The translations under genes were made by a program, and so were the position numbers. From positions 1 to 44,093 of IMG/VR virus record IMGVR_UViG_3300020598_000100: 44,093 nucleotides of DNA. The stretch is one strand, 5' to 3'. Position 1 is the stretch's first letter, and every line of letters starts with the position of its first letter. Source of the stretch: a virus. Its lineage: Duplodnaviria > Caudoviricetes. The notes under the pieces were generated by a model. The model worked only from the letters and a program-made list of their open reading frames with translations, searched no databases and was not told the DNA's origin. Below, piece by piece: positions 15,754 through 25,149 of the stretch.

Positions 15754-15790
15754 CAGTAAACCTGCTCTTTTTTCAGGGTTAATAGCCTTA

Positions 15791-16372
15791 ATGGCCGATG
15801 ATGCAGGCCTTAACAGCCCGCCGACGGTGATGATGACCGTCGCCGAGCTGGCGGAGCGCGATCGGGTATCCCGTCCGGCCATATCGCAGAAGGTCAAGCG
15901 CCTCGTCGAGCAGCATGGCTTGGAGGTTTCGCGGGACGATCGCGGTCGCGTCGCCAGGATCAATGTCGCGCAATACGACATGCTGCGCGAGAGGGTTGGC
16001 GATCCGTCGAAGGATCAGCGCAAGCCTCGCGAAGCGGAAGGCCCGCCGACCGAGACTAGGAACGACTCCTATGACGAGGCCCTCCGCCTCAAGACCTGGT
16101 ACGAGGCCGAGCGAAAGCGCCTCGAGTTAGATGAGCAGATCGGCAAGCTGGTGCGCGTCGACGATGTAATGCAGGCGGTTGATACCTGCTCCGCCGCGAT
16201 CGCCGCCGCCGTTCGAAAGCTGCAGAACGAAACGGATGCGCTGGCGACGGTTGTGGCGCGCGACGGCGTTCACGGGCTGCGCGTTGCGCTCAAGGCGCTC
16301 GAAACCAAGATGCTATCGGAGATTTCGACGGCTCTCGATGCGGTCAAGGGTGAGCGCGCGAATGCGGATTGA
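15791..16372 (+). CDS. Terminase small subunit (Nu1-like)
   Basis: N-terminal wHTH (MTVAELAERDRVSRPAISQKV), YEAERKRLELDEQIGKLV; upstream of the large subunit. Confidence 0.85.
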   Translation: MADDAGLNSPPTVMMTVAELAERDRVSRPAISQKVKRLVEQHGLEVSRDDRGRVARINVAQYDMLRERVGDPSKDQRKPREAEGPPTETRNDSYDEALRLKTWYEAERKRLELDEQIGKLVRVDDVMQAVDTCSAAIAAAVRKLQNETDALATVVARDGVHGLRVALKALETKMLSEISTALDAVKGERANAD

Positions 16373-18426
16373 ATGGCGTGACAGATCATCCCTCGGCGTT
16401 GAGTTTGATCGCTGGGCGGATGGCGGACGGCACGCGGCCGGCCGAGCCGATGCCGCTGTCGCGCTGGCTGTCCAAAAATCTGGTTCTGGTCGACGGTCCA
16501 GCGGCCGGTGATCTTTGGAGCGCCGCGGGCGCGCCGTATCTCGCGGAAATCGCCGATTGCCTCTCCGACGATCATCCGTGCAATTTCGTCACGGTGCGGA
16601 AGTCGCAGCAAAGCGGCGCATCGATCCTGGCGCTGGGTTGGTGCCTCTATGTCGCGGCGATGGAGCCGGCGAACATGCTCTATGCGGTGCCCGGCATTGA
16701 GGCGCTGCGCGATCTGAACAGCGGAAAGCTTCAGCCGCTTATCGATGCCTGGCAGAAGCATACCGGTCGGACGGTCATCCTGCCGCAAACCGCGCGCTCC
16801 GGCGCCGGGTCGACGACATTCGAGAAGGTTTTTGCCGGCGGCCGGCTGTACCTCGGCAACGCTAACGCGGTCATGGACCTCTCGTCCAAGACGATCAAGA
16901 AGGGAGTTCGCGACGAATATTCAAAGTGGACCGATATTCCCGGCTACGGCGACCCCGGAAACCTGTTTTTCGGCCGGTTCACTGCCTTTCGGCGGTTCAA
17001 GACCTTCAAGATCCTCGACATCTCGACCCCGGAACTCGACACTGGCGATGAAACCGGCGAGACGGAAGGGCATTGCCGGATCGATCGCCGCTTCAAGCTG
17101 TCGGATCGGCGGTTCTGGCACTGCAGGTGCCCAGAATGTCGCCAGCTTTTCGTGCACAGCGACGACGGGTTGATTGTCGACGAAGCTCATCCGCATCGCA
17201 GCGTCTATGCCTGCGACTGCGGTCATCACCTGACTGAGTCCGAGCGCATACTTGCGATCGACGAGGGGCGCTGGATACCGACCTTTGAGGACGGCGACCA
17301 TCCAGGCTTCCATATCGACGCGTTCGTCTCGAAAATGATGTCGTATGAGGCGATCGCCGAGGATCGCCTCGCGGCAAAGACCGAGACGGCGCGCAAGGAC
17401 TACACCAATCTCGTGCTCGGCTTACCGTTCAAGCCGCGCGGCGATGCGCCGGACATTGAAAAGTTGATGCTTCGGCGTGAGGACTGGATGGTGCGCGGTG
17501 AGATCCCGCCGCAAGGGCTGATCCTCGTGGCTGCAGCCGACGTGCAGATGCGCGGCATCTGGCTCGAGATCGTGGCCTTCGGTGCCAATCGCGAAAGCTG
17601 GCTGGTCGATGCCCGCTATCTCGATGGCGACACCGCCGATCATAAGGGCGAGGTGTGGGAGAGCCTGCGAAAGCATACGATCGATTGCGAGTTTCCTGAC
17701 GCATTTGGCGGCAAGCGCCGACTTGATGCGATGGCGGTTGACTCCGGCTACCGCCCCAACACGGTTTATGCCTGGGTGCGTCAGCATCAGCGCGCGCACC
17801 CCGATACGGGCTACGATTTGATCCTCGCCACCAAAGGCCAGCCGGGCTGGGGCAAGCCGGCGATCGGTCAACCAAAGCTGGTCGATATCGACCTCGGCGG
17901 TCGCAAAGTGAAACAGGGCGCGAAGGTCTGGAGCGTCGGGACGTGGCCGCTGAAGGCCGATTTCTATTCTTGTCTACGGCTCGATGGCATCAAGTCTGGG
18001 GCCCCTGTCGATCCAGACGGCTACTGCCATTTCGGTGCGTGGGTCGATGAGGTCTATTTCAAGCAGCTCACCGGCGATCGCCTCGAGCCGGTGAAAGTGC
18101 ACGGCCGCGTTGCCGGCCAGCGTTGGGCGCAGATCAAGGACAACCATTTTCACGACTGCCGGATCTACAACGGCGCGATGGCTGAATATCTCGGCATTTC
18201 GCAAATCACGCCCGAGCAGTGGCAGGACCTCGCTCTGCGCCGCGGAATGCCGCCGGAGTTGAGCGCACCAACGCTGTTCTCGCGGACCACTGATCATCGA
18301 CCGGCTGCTGACATCGCAGACTCGCCTCACCCGATCTCCAGCGAGGTCGATCAGTGGCCGGTCGATGTCGAGCCACGCGATTCAGGGTGGATCGGCCGCG
18401 ATACCAGCGGATGGTTCAATCGGTAA
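16369..18426 (+). CDS. Terminase large subunit (lambda gpA family)
   Basis: APYLAEIAD, KSQQSG Walker A variant, DE, ISTP, CPEC, AADVQ, VDSGY, NHFHDC; start may be GTG 16378. Confidence 0.95.
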   Translation: MNGVTDHPSALSLIAGRMADGTRPAEPMPLSRWLSKNLVLVDGPAAGDLWSAAGAPYLAEIADCLSDDHPCNFVTVRKSQQSGASILALGWCLYVAAMEPANMLYAVPGIEALRDLNSGKLQPLIDAWQKHTGRTVILPQTARSGAGSTTFEKVFAGGRLYLGNANAVMDLSSKTIKKGVRDEYSKWTDIPGYGDPGNLFFGRFTAFRRFKTFKILDISTPELDTGDETGETEGHCRIDRRFKLSDRRFWHCRCPECRQLFVHSDDGLIVDEAHPHRSVYACDCGHHLTESERILAIDEGRWIPTFEDGDHPGFHIDAFVSKMMSYEAIAEDRLAAKTETARKDYTNLVLGLPFKPRGDAPDIEKLMLRREDWMVRGEIPPQGLILVAAADVQMRGIWLEIVAFGANRESWLVDARYLDGDTADHKGEVWESLRKHTIDCEFPDAFGGKRRLDAMAVDSGYRPNTVYAWVRQHQRAHPDTGYDLILATKGQPGWGKPAIGQPKLVDIDLGGRKVKQGAKVWSVGTWPLKADFYSCLRLDGIKSGAPVDPDGYCHFGAWVDEVYFKQLTGDRLEPVKVHGRVAGQRWAQIKDNHFHDCRIYNGAMAEYLGISQITPEQWQDLALRRGMPPELSAPTLFSRTTDHRPAADIADSPHPISSEVDQWPVDVEPRDSGWIGRDTSGWFNR

Positions 18427-18458
18427 GTTTGCCGCCGACGCGGCTTGGATGGATCTGC

Positions 18459-18668
18459 ATGTCGTACACGATCGTCGACTACAACAACTTGAAAAAAGCG
18501 ATCGCTACCGGCGCCAAACGAGTTCGTTTTGGTGCCGGCGATCATGCCCACGAGACGGAATTCCGTTCGCTCGCGGAAATGAAGCAGGTTCTAGCCGATA
18601 TCGAGGCCGAGTTATTTCCGGCATCGGTGCCGACCCGCACGTCTTTCGTCGCTTTCTCGCGAGGCTGA
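18459..18668 (+). CDS. Head-tail joining protein (gpW-like)
   Basis: LKKAIATGAKRV...EFRSLAEM; between terminase and portal. Confidence 0.85.
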   Translation: MSYTIVDYNNLKKAIATGAKRVRFGAGDHAHETEFRSLAEMKQVLADIEAELFPASVPTRTSFVAFSRG

Positions 18669-18674
18669 TCGCGC

Positions 18675-20186
18675 ATGAATATCCTTGACCGCGTTGTCGG
18701 GTATTTCTCCCCGGTCGCAGGGTTGCGAAGGGCATCAGCGCGGTCCGGCCTCGATGCCATTCGCGCCTATGACGGCGCGATGAGGGGGCGGCGCACCGAG
18801 AACTGGCGCGCCAACAATGCGTCGGCGAACGTCACGACAAAGCGGGCGCTGCCAACGCTCCGCGCCCGCTCGCGCGATTGCATTCGCAACACGTGGTGGG
18901 GGGCCAGCACGAAGCGCGTCGTCGTATCGCATGCGGTCGGCGCCGGCATCATGCCGAAGCCGGATACTGGCGACAAATCGATCGACAAAGAGGTCAAGGC
19001 CGCCTGGCGCAGGTGGGCGAAAAGCTGCGACCGCGAGGGGCAGCTCGATTTCGACGGGCTGATCGCGCTGGCGACCGGCTGCATCGTCGAGTCCGGCGAA
19101 GTGCTGGCGCGAATGGTGCCGGTAGGCCAGTCTTCTCCGGACGTGGTCCCTCTCGAACTGCAGTTGCTAGAGCCCGATCATCTGGACGAGTCTCGCGATC
19201 AGATGATGCGTTCTGATCGGATCGTCGATCAGGGCATCGAGTACGATGCCGCCGGCAAGCGTACCGGTTATTGGCTGCTGCCGACGCATCCCGGCGCTCG
19301 CGGCATCGCCGTGCCGCGAAGTTCTGTTCGCGTGCCTGCGGCCGATATGGTGCACGCCTATCGCAAGGACAGGATCGGGCAGGGGCGCGGGGTTCCGTGG
19401 GTCGCACCGGTGCTGCTCAAGGGGCGCGACGTCGCCGACCTCGAGGACGCGATAGTCACAAAGTCGCGCACCGAAGCCTGCCTCTCGGTTTTTGTGCGCT
19501 CAAACGATGCGGCGCGCACGCTGGCGGGACAGAGCAAGACGGATCGCGGCGGTCCGAACGGGACGTCCCGCCGGATCGAGACCTTGTCGCCCGGGATGAT
19601 CAATTATCTTGAGCAGGGCGAGGAAATCCAGTCGGTTGTGCCGTCGTCGTCGGGCCAGTTCGAGAGTGTGCTGATGACGAACTGGCTGGCGCTCGCCGCC
19701 GGCGCCGGCATCACCTACGATCAGATGACCGGCGATCTGCGCCGGGCGAATTTTTCTTCGCTTCGGGCCGGCAAGATCGAATTCCGCCGGATGATCGAGC
19801 AATTTCAGTGGCACACGATCGTGGCGATGTTTTTGCAGCCGATCTGGGATCGTTGGGTCGAGGTCGCGGTCGACGCCGGCGTGTTGCCGCGCCGGAAGGG
19901 CGGATATCCGGTCGAGTGGATCATGCCGGCCAACGAGCCGATTGATCCAATGAAGGATATGCAGGCCGACATCATGGCCGTCCGCAGTGGCCGAATGACC
20001 TGGCCGCAGTTTGTTGCGGCATGGGGCTATGACCCCGACGTGCAGCTCGACGAAATCGAGCTTTGGACCAAGGAATTCGATCGGCGCGACGTCGCGCTCG
20101 ATATCGACGCGCGCCGGCCAGCCAAGGGCGGCTCGATTCAGGTGCATGACAAGGAAGAGGACAATGTCCAGCCAACCCATGACTGA
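18675..20186 (+). CDS. Portal protein, lambda family
   Basis: LRARSRD, GQGRGVPW, YDQMTGDL...NFSSLR, IDPMKD. Confidence 0.95.
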   Translation: MNILDRVVGYFSPVAGLRRASARSGLDAIRAYDGAMRGRRTENWRANNASANVTTKRALPTLRARSRDCIRNTWWGASTKRVVVSHAVGAGIMPKPDTGDKSIDKEVKAAWRRWAKSCDREGQLDFDGLIALATGCIVESGEVLARMVPVGQSSPDVVPLELQLLEPDHLDESRDQMMRSDRIVDQGIEYDAAGKRTGYWLLPTHPGARGIAVPRSSVRVPAADMVHAYRKDRIGQGRGVPWVAPVLLKGRDVADLEDAIVTKSRTEACLSVFVRSNDAARTLAGQSKTDRGGPNGTSRRIETLSPGMINYLEQGEEIQSVVPSSSGQFESVLMTNWLALAAGAGITYDQMTGDLRRANFSSLRAGKIEFRRMIEQFQWHTIVAMFLQPIWDRWVEVAVDAGVLPRRKGGYPVEWIMPANEPIDPMKDMQADIMAVRSGRMTWPQFVAAWGYDPDVQLDEIELWTKEFDRRDVALDIDARRPAKGGSIQVHDKEEDNVQPTHD

Positions 20187-20802
20187 TCCCGTTTCGCTCC
20201 CGCTGCAGACGCGCGTCAATCCCGTGGAATCGGTTGATGCGCAGGCGCGGAAGGTGGAAGTCGTGTTCACGACCGGCGCCGCCGTGCGCCGGCGTCGGTA
20301 TACCGGATGGGAAACGTCGGTGCCGTTCGATGAAATCCTGACAGTCTCGCGTGAGGCGGTGAACCTCGAGCGATTGAATGCCGGCGCACCCGCGCTCGAC
20401 TCGCACTCGATCTGGTCGACGTTTTCGCAGGTCGGCGTGATTGAGTCGGCGCGGATCGATGGTGGCAAAGGCCTTGCGACCATCCGTTTCCCGTCGAAAG
20501 GTGTCGACGAGCGCGCCGATCGCATGTTCTCGCTGGTCGCCGAGGGCATCATTCGCAACGTGTCCGTCGGCTACACGCTCAACGAGGTGCGCGTCGAGAC
20601 CCCGGAAAAGGTCGGCGAGGTCGAAAAGCGGATCGCCACCAGGTGGACGCCGCACGAGATCTCGTTCGTGACGGTTCCGGCCGATGCCGGGGCGCAGGTT
20701 CGATCGGCTGACACGATGGATCTCTATCCTTGCATCGTCACCCGCAGCAGCTCGCATGCCGCTGCGCTGGCCCGCATGCGGATGCGTCAGCTCGGGATCT
20801 GA
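20164..20802 (+). CDS. Prohead maturation protease (HK97/U35-like)
   Basis: LDSH, GIIRNVSVGY, EISFVTVPAD; GAGG RBS. Confidence 0.9.
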   Translation: MSSQPMTDPVSLPLQTRVNPVESVDAQARKVEVVFTTGAAVRRRRYTGWETSVPFDEILTVSREAVNLERLNAGAPALDSHSIWSTFSQVGVIESARIDGGKGLATIRFPSKGVDERADRMFSLVAEGIIRNVSVGYTLNEVRVETPEKVGEVEKRIATRWTPHEISFVTVPADAGAQVRSADTMDLYPCIVTRSSSHAAALARMRMRQLGI

Positions 20803-20817
20803 ATTTTCTTTCATCGT

Positions 20818-20880
20818 TGAAGCTCGCCGCCTGCGTTCCAGCCGGAGCCGCAGGACCAAGGCTATTTGCTCCGGCCTTCA
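20818..20880 (+). promoter_or_regulatory. Predicted H-type pseudoknot in the capsid gene leader
   Basis: P1 20830-35/20849-54 and P2 20841-48/20868-75, perfect complementarity. Confidence 0.5.
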
Positions 20881-20897
20881 GAAACAGGGACAACGCG

Positions 20898-22553
20898 ATG
20901 CGTATTTCCTTCAAGCTGGCGGCACTTGTCTTGGCTGTTGCCGCGCTCACGGTGCTGGCTTACCCGATCGCTTATGCGTCGGCCGACATTCTCACCACGG
21001 CCGTCGATTTCCCGACGGCATTCACGATCGCCGGCCCTCTTGCGGCGATGCGTATCGACCATCAGAATCTGGTCGCCCGCGCCGCGGCGAAGCTCGCCGA
21101 GGTGAAAGACGGCCTTTCGGCGGACGCCGTCCGCAAGATCGAAACCGAGCACGCCGACCTTGTGCGGCAGGCCGAAGATCTGGCGAAGAGGATCAAGGAC
21201 GAAGAGGAGCGCGAATCGCGTGCTCAACCGGCGCCCGCGCCGGCTCCGAACGCCGTCGAGCTGGAGCGGACCCGTTCCTCGGAGATCACGTCGCTCGCGC
21301 TGCGCCACGCCATGCCGGTCGATTTCGCCACCCAGCATATCGGCGCCGGCACTTCGATCGATGAAGTGCGCAAGCTCGTTCTCGACGAAGTGGCGAAGCG
21401 TTCATCTCAGACCCAGATCAACTCGCGGGTCCAGGTCATCACCGACGAGGGCGATACGATCCGCAGTGCGGTAGAAACCGCCATCGGCCATCGTGCCAAT
21501 CCTGCATCTGTCAAGATCGAGGGCGACAATCCAGCGCGCGCCTGGCTCGGCATGTCGCTGCTCGAGATGGGGCGTTCCTTCGTCGAAGAAACGACCGGCC
21601 AGCGTCTGCGAGGACTCGGCCGTTTCGAACTGGCTGGGCGGCTGCTCGGTCTCGACAGCGGTTTGCGGTCCGGCGGTATGATGTCGACGTCGGATTTCCC
21701 GGCGATTCTTGCCAATGTCGTCTCTAAGCGGATGCGCAATGCCTATGAGGTCGCGCCGCAGAACTGGCGTCCGCTCGGTCGCCAGTCGAATGCGCCGGAC
21801 TTCAAGCAGCGTGCCGTCGTTCAGCTTTCGAACCTGCCCCAGTTCAAGAAGGTCAATGAGGGTGGCGAGTTCCAGTATGCTGGTCTGTCCGAAGGGCAGG
21901 AGGTTTACTCGCTCGGCACTTACGGCCGTATCGTCGCGGTGACGCGGCAGACCTTGATCAATGATGACCTCGGTGCCTTCGATCGCCTGCCGACCTTGCT
22001 CGGCCGCGCTGCCGCAGAGACCGAGGCCTCGATCTTCTGGGCGATCATCACCGGCAATGCGCAGATGGGTGATAGCAAGGCACTCTTCCACGCCGATCAC
22101 AAGAACGTCGCCAGCGCCGGCGACGATATCTCGATCGCAACGTTGAACGAGGGTCGGGCGGCGATGCGCAAGCAGCGCGGGCTGGCGAAGAAGGAGGCGG
22201 ACGCCGAGCCTCTGAACCTTGCGCCGCGTTTCCTGGTGGTCTCGCCCGACAACGAGACGGTCGCGCAGCAATTCCTCGCCGATATCCGTGCGACGGAGTC
22301 CGGCAAGGTCAACCCGTTCGCCAACTCGCTCCAGCAGATCACGGAGGCCCGTCTGACCGGCGGTGCCTGGTATCTCTGGGCCGATCCCGCGATGATCGAC
22401 ACCATCGAGTATGCCTGGCTCGAGGGCGAAGAGGGGCTGTTCACCGAGCAGCGTCTCGGCTTCGAGGTGGATGGCCTGGAGGTCAAGGGGCGCATCGACT
22501 TCGCGGCCAAGGCCATCGACTGGCGCGGCGTCTACCGCAACCCTGGCAAGTAG
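20898..22553 (+). CDS. Major capsid protein (Mu gpT-like HK97 fold) with scaffold segment and hydrophobic N-terminal leader
   Basis: STSDFPAIL, TYGRIVAVTRQTLINDDLGAF, DFAAKAIDWRG; AGGGA RBS. Confidence 0.92.
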   Translation: MRISFKLAALVLAVAALTVLAYPIAYASADILTTAVDFPTAFTIAGPLAAMRIDHQNLVARAAAKLAEVKDGLSADAVRKIETEHADLVRQAEDLAKRIKDEEERESRAQPAPAPAPNAVELERTRSSEITSLALRHAMPVDFATQHIGAGTSIDEVRKLVLDEVAKRSSQTQINSRVQVITDEGDTIRSAVETAIGHRANPASVKIEGDNPARAWLGMSLLEMGRSFVEETTGQRLRGLGRFELAGRLLGLDSGLRSGGMMSTSDFPAILANVVSKRMRNAYEVAPQNWRPLGRQSNAPDFKQRAVVQLSNLPQFKKVNEGGEFQYAGLSEGQEVYSLGTYGRIVAVTRQTLINDDLGAFDRLPTLLGRAAAETEASIFWAIITGNAQMGDSKALFHADHKNVASAGDDISIATLNEGRAAMRKQRGLAKKEADAEPLNLAPRFLVVSPDNETVAQQFLADIRATESGKVNPFANSLQQITEARLTGGAWYLWADPAMIDTIEYAWLEGEEGLFTEQRLGFEVDGLEVKGRIDFAAKAIDWRGVYRNPGK

Positions 22554-22627
22554 CACAACGCTTGAGCGTCCAGCGGCGACGCCGGGCGCTCCATTCCCCT
22601 GCAGATTTCATTTAACTGAGGATCATC

Positions 22628-22966
22628 ATGCGCAACTATGTGCAGAAGGGTGACACTGTCACCGTGCTGGCTCCGGCCGATACAGCGTCTGGCGCGGCCG
22701 TTCTGGTCGGCGCGATTTTCGGCTTTGCGGTCGCATCGGCGAAATCCGGCGAGCCGCTCGAGCTCAAGACAGTCGGCGTCTTCGATGACGCGAAAAAGGC
22801 GGCCGGTGCGGCTTGGTCTGTCGGTGACGCCCTTTACTGGGACGCGACAGAGAAAGAGCTCACGAAGACGGCAACTAACAACAAGCTCGTCGGGGCGGCG
22901 TTTGCGGCCGCCGGCACCGCAGCTACGGTCGGCGCCGTCCGCATCGGCTATCCGGTCGTCGTCTGA
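22628..22966 (+). CDS. DUF2190-family capsid cement/decoration protein
   Basis: MRNYVQKGDTV...GVF...GDALYWD; directly after the capsid gene. Confidence 0.88.
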   Translation: MRNYVQKGDTVTVLAPADTASGAAVLVGAIFGFAVASAKSGEPLELKTVGVFDDAKKAAGAAWSVGDALYWDATEKELTKTATNNKLVGAAFAAAGTAATVGAVRIGYPVVV

Positions 22967-22969
22967 TCC

Positions 22970-23365
22970 ATGTCGATCTTTGCGGCGCTCACTCAGATCT
23001 CGAGTGCGACCCTGACTGTGGTGATGGGTGAGCGCCTGCTCTTTAAGCCGATGCTGCCTGGGCGAAATAAGGCATCGATCGACGATCCTGATCGGCCGCA
23101 GCTAGAGGTCGCTGGGGCCTATCGCGAGATCGTCAAACGAACCAAGATCGACGTTTCCGCCGTCGGCCGCGAGCTCAATCGCGAGGTGCTGGCGCCCGTG
23201 CTGACGTTCAGCGTCGACAACGCGCTGCTCGGCACAAGTGCCTTTCGGGCGGGTGACCGGATCGTGCGGCTCGACCTGCCGGATGAACCCGTCATGGAGA
23301 TCTCCGCTGTCGAACCGGATGGCGGCAGTCGCACGATCTTCACTGTCGTGAGGGTTTCTGCATGA
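22970..23365 (+). CDS. Head closure / head-tail joining protein (gpFII-like)
   Basis: Position, size and GDRI...VEPDG pattern. Confidence 0.65.
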   Translation: MSIFAALTQISSATLTVVMGERLLFKPMLPGRNKASIDDPDRPQLEVAGAYREIVKRTKIDVSAVGRELNREVLAPVLTFSVDNALLGTSAFRAGDRIVRLDLPDEPVMEISAVEPDGGSRTIFTVVRVSA

Positions 23366-24144
23366 GCCTGATGCCTGCCGCGCTGCGCATCATAACCAGC
23401 AAGGCCCTTGAGGGGACCACAAGCGCAGGCGAGCGCATTTTCGAGAGCGTCGTCGATCCGCGAGATCTCCTGAAAGACAAGGCTCTGCCCGTTGTGGTGA
23501 TCTACACCGACAAGGGCAGTCGCAAGGTGATCGGCCGAGACAATCTGTCCGGAGAGCATTCGATCATGCTGTCGATCGAGATGTTCGTCGCCAAGGCCAC
23601 GCTGGTCAAGATCAAGGCCGAGGACGGGAAGGAAGAGGACGGGTTCGAGATCGAGTATCCTGCAACCGACGCCGGGCTCGAAAATCGGTTGTGGCGGCTG
23701 GCTTTCGAAGTCGAGTCGGTTCTGACAGGCGGCGCTGGCGCTTGGTCGGAGCTGTGGCGCGAAATTGTGGTGGGGATCAAAGGCGTCGATTGGGATCGTG
23801 GCGCCGATTCCAAGGCCGGGCAGCGGTTCAATTTCCTCAGGCTGCAATATGAGGTCAATGTCCTTGCTGACGTCGTGCGCGGCGAGGACCTTCCGGCCGG
23901 TCTTTTCTGGTCGAAATTCCTGGCGGCGATGGATGCCGATCAAGATCTCGACGATCTGAGCCGGGATTGGCGGGCCTTGCTGACGACGCCGTCGCTGCCG
24001 CAGTGGCGCGCTGCAATGGCGGCGCTCGGGCTCACCATGGATGAGCTGAAGGGCATCGGTCTTGCGCCGATGAATTGGCACGTCGAGTCGCCATCTGATG
24101 AGGCGGCGAAACTTGCCGACATCAACATCGAGCTCAAGGACTGA
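23362..24144 (+). CDS. Neck / tail-completion protein (putative)
   Basis: TSAGERIFES...LPVVVIYTD typical of tail terminators; position. Confidence 0.6.
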   Translation: MSLMPAALRIITSKALEGTTSAGERIFESVVDPRDLLKDKALPVVVIYTDKGSRKVIGRDNLSGEHSIMLSIEMFVAKATLVKIKAEDGKEEDGFEIEYPATDAGLENRLWRLAFEVESVLTGGAGAWSELWREIVVGIKGVDWDRGADSKAGQRFNFLRLQYEVNVLADVVRGEDLPAGLFWSKFLAAMDADQDLDDLSRDWRALLTTPSLPQWRAAMAALGLTMDELKGIGLAPMNWHVESPSDEAAKLADINIELKD

Positions 24145-24151
24145 GATCGAA

Positions 24152-24745
24152 ATGGCGACTGTCGAGGACCATTTCGCGGCCGTCTATCGCCGCTTGATCG
24201 AGCTCGAGCAACGCTTGGACAAGATGGTGCGCCACGGGACTGTGGTCGACATCGATCCGAAAAAGCACTTGGTCCGCCTGAAGGTCGGCGGCAGCGATGA
24301 TGAGCCGCTGAAGTCGCCGTGGGTGCCGTATGCGCAGATTGCTGGGGCGCTGAAAATTCATTCGATGCCGTCGTTCGGGCAGACGATGACGCTGATTTGT
24401 CCGACCGGAGATTTCCGCCAGGCGGTGGCAATTCCGCTAACGTGGTCCAATGAGAATCCATCGCCGTCGGACAAGCCCGATGAGCATGTCCTGACGTTCG
24501 GTGACGTGCGGGTGACGCTCAAAAAGGACGATCTCGAGATCAAGGTCGGCAACGCGTGCTTCTCCATATCCAAGGAAGAGGCATTCGCGGCGGTCGGTGA
24601 CAACCGGCTCGGCGTGTTCTCCGGCGGCGTTTATTCGGTGAAGGCAACCAGGCTCGGCCTCGATAACGAAGGTGAGAAAAACGACACCTTCCCCAAGGCA
24701 GTTACGGACGCTGGTCCGTCCAAACAGGTTCAGGCGAAGGTTTAG
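24152..24745 (+). CDS. Baseplate spike protein (P2 gpV-like)
   Basis: MVRHGTVVDID...SPWVPY...PSFGQ...PTGD OB-fold motifs. Confidence 0.88.
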   Translation: MATVEDHFAAVYRRLIELEQRLDKMVRHGTVVDIDPKKHLVRLKVGGSDDEPLKSPWVPYAQIAGALKIHSMPSFGQTMTLICPTGDFRQAVAIPLTWSNENPSPSDKPDEHVLTFGDVRVTLKKDDLEIKVGNACFSISKEEAFAAVGDNRLGVFSGGVYSVKATRLGLDNEGEKNDTFPKAVTDAGPSKQVQAKV

Positions 24746-24747
24746 CA

Positions 24748-25149
24748 ATGGGCGGCATTGATCGCGTCACGGGGCGGCCGCTCGACGGCTGGCCGCACGT
24801 TGTCCAGTCATTGCAGGTGATTTTCACGACGTCATTCGGATCGCGCATCATGCGCCGCCATTTCGGCAGTCAGGTCCCGTCATTGCTCGGCGAGAACATC
24901 GGGGTGCCGACCGTCATGCGCTTCGTCTCGGCGCTTGTCGTTGCAACCGAGCTGTGGGAGCCGCGTTTCAAGGTGGCAAAAGTCGATTTTGGCAGAAACT
25001 CCCCGGAGGATCTGCGGTCGGGAAAACTGGCGCTCACCATTCGCGGGCAGTACCGCCCGCGCGGTCATCTTGGCGATTTCACGCCGGAGCCCGGCGAGCG
25101 GACGCTGACCGTCGGCCTTGGCTCCTCAAGCTCTATCGAGGTGCGCTGA
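24748..25149 (+). CDS. Baseplate wedge protein (gpW/gp25 family)
   Basis: GIDRVTG...HVVQS...GSRIMRRHFGS...WEPR. Confidence 0.92.
   Translation: MGGIDRVTGRPLDGWPHVVQSLQVIFTTSFGSRIMRRHFGSQVPSLLGENIGVPTVMRFVSALVVATELWEPRFKVAKVDFGRNSPEDLRSGKLALTIRGQYRPRGHLGDFTPEPGERTLTVGLGSSSSIEVR

Noticed and set aside
15779-15815. CtrA box
   Set aside because: TTAA half-sites are spaced 5 and 18 nt apart, not 7
20730-20897. Protease-capsid fusion by frameshift or read-through
   Set aside because: No slippery heptamer before the protease stop; read-through hits another TGA five codons later
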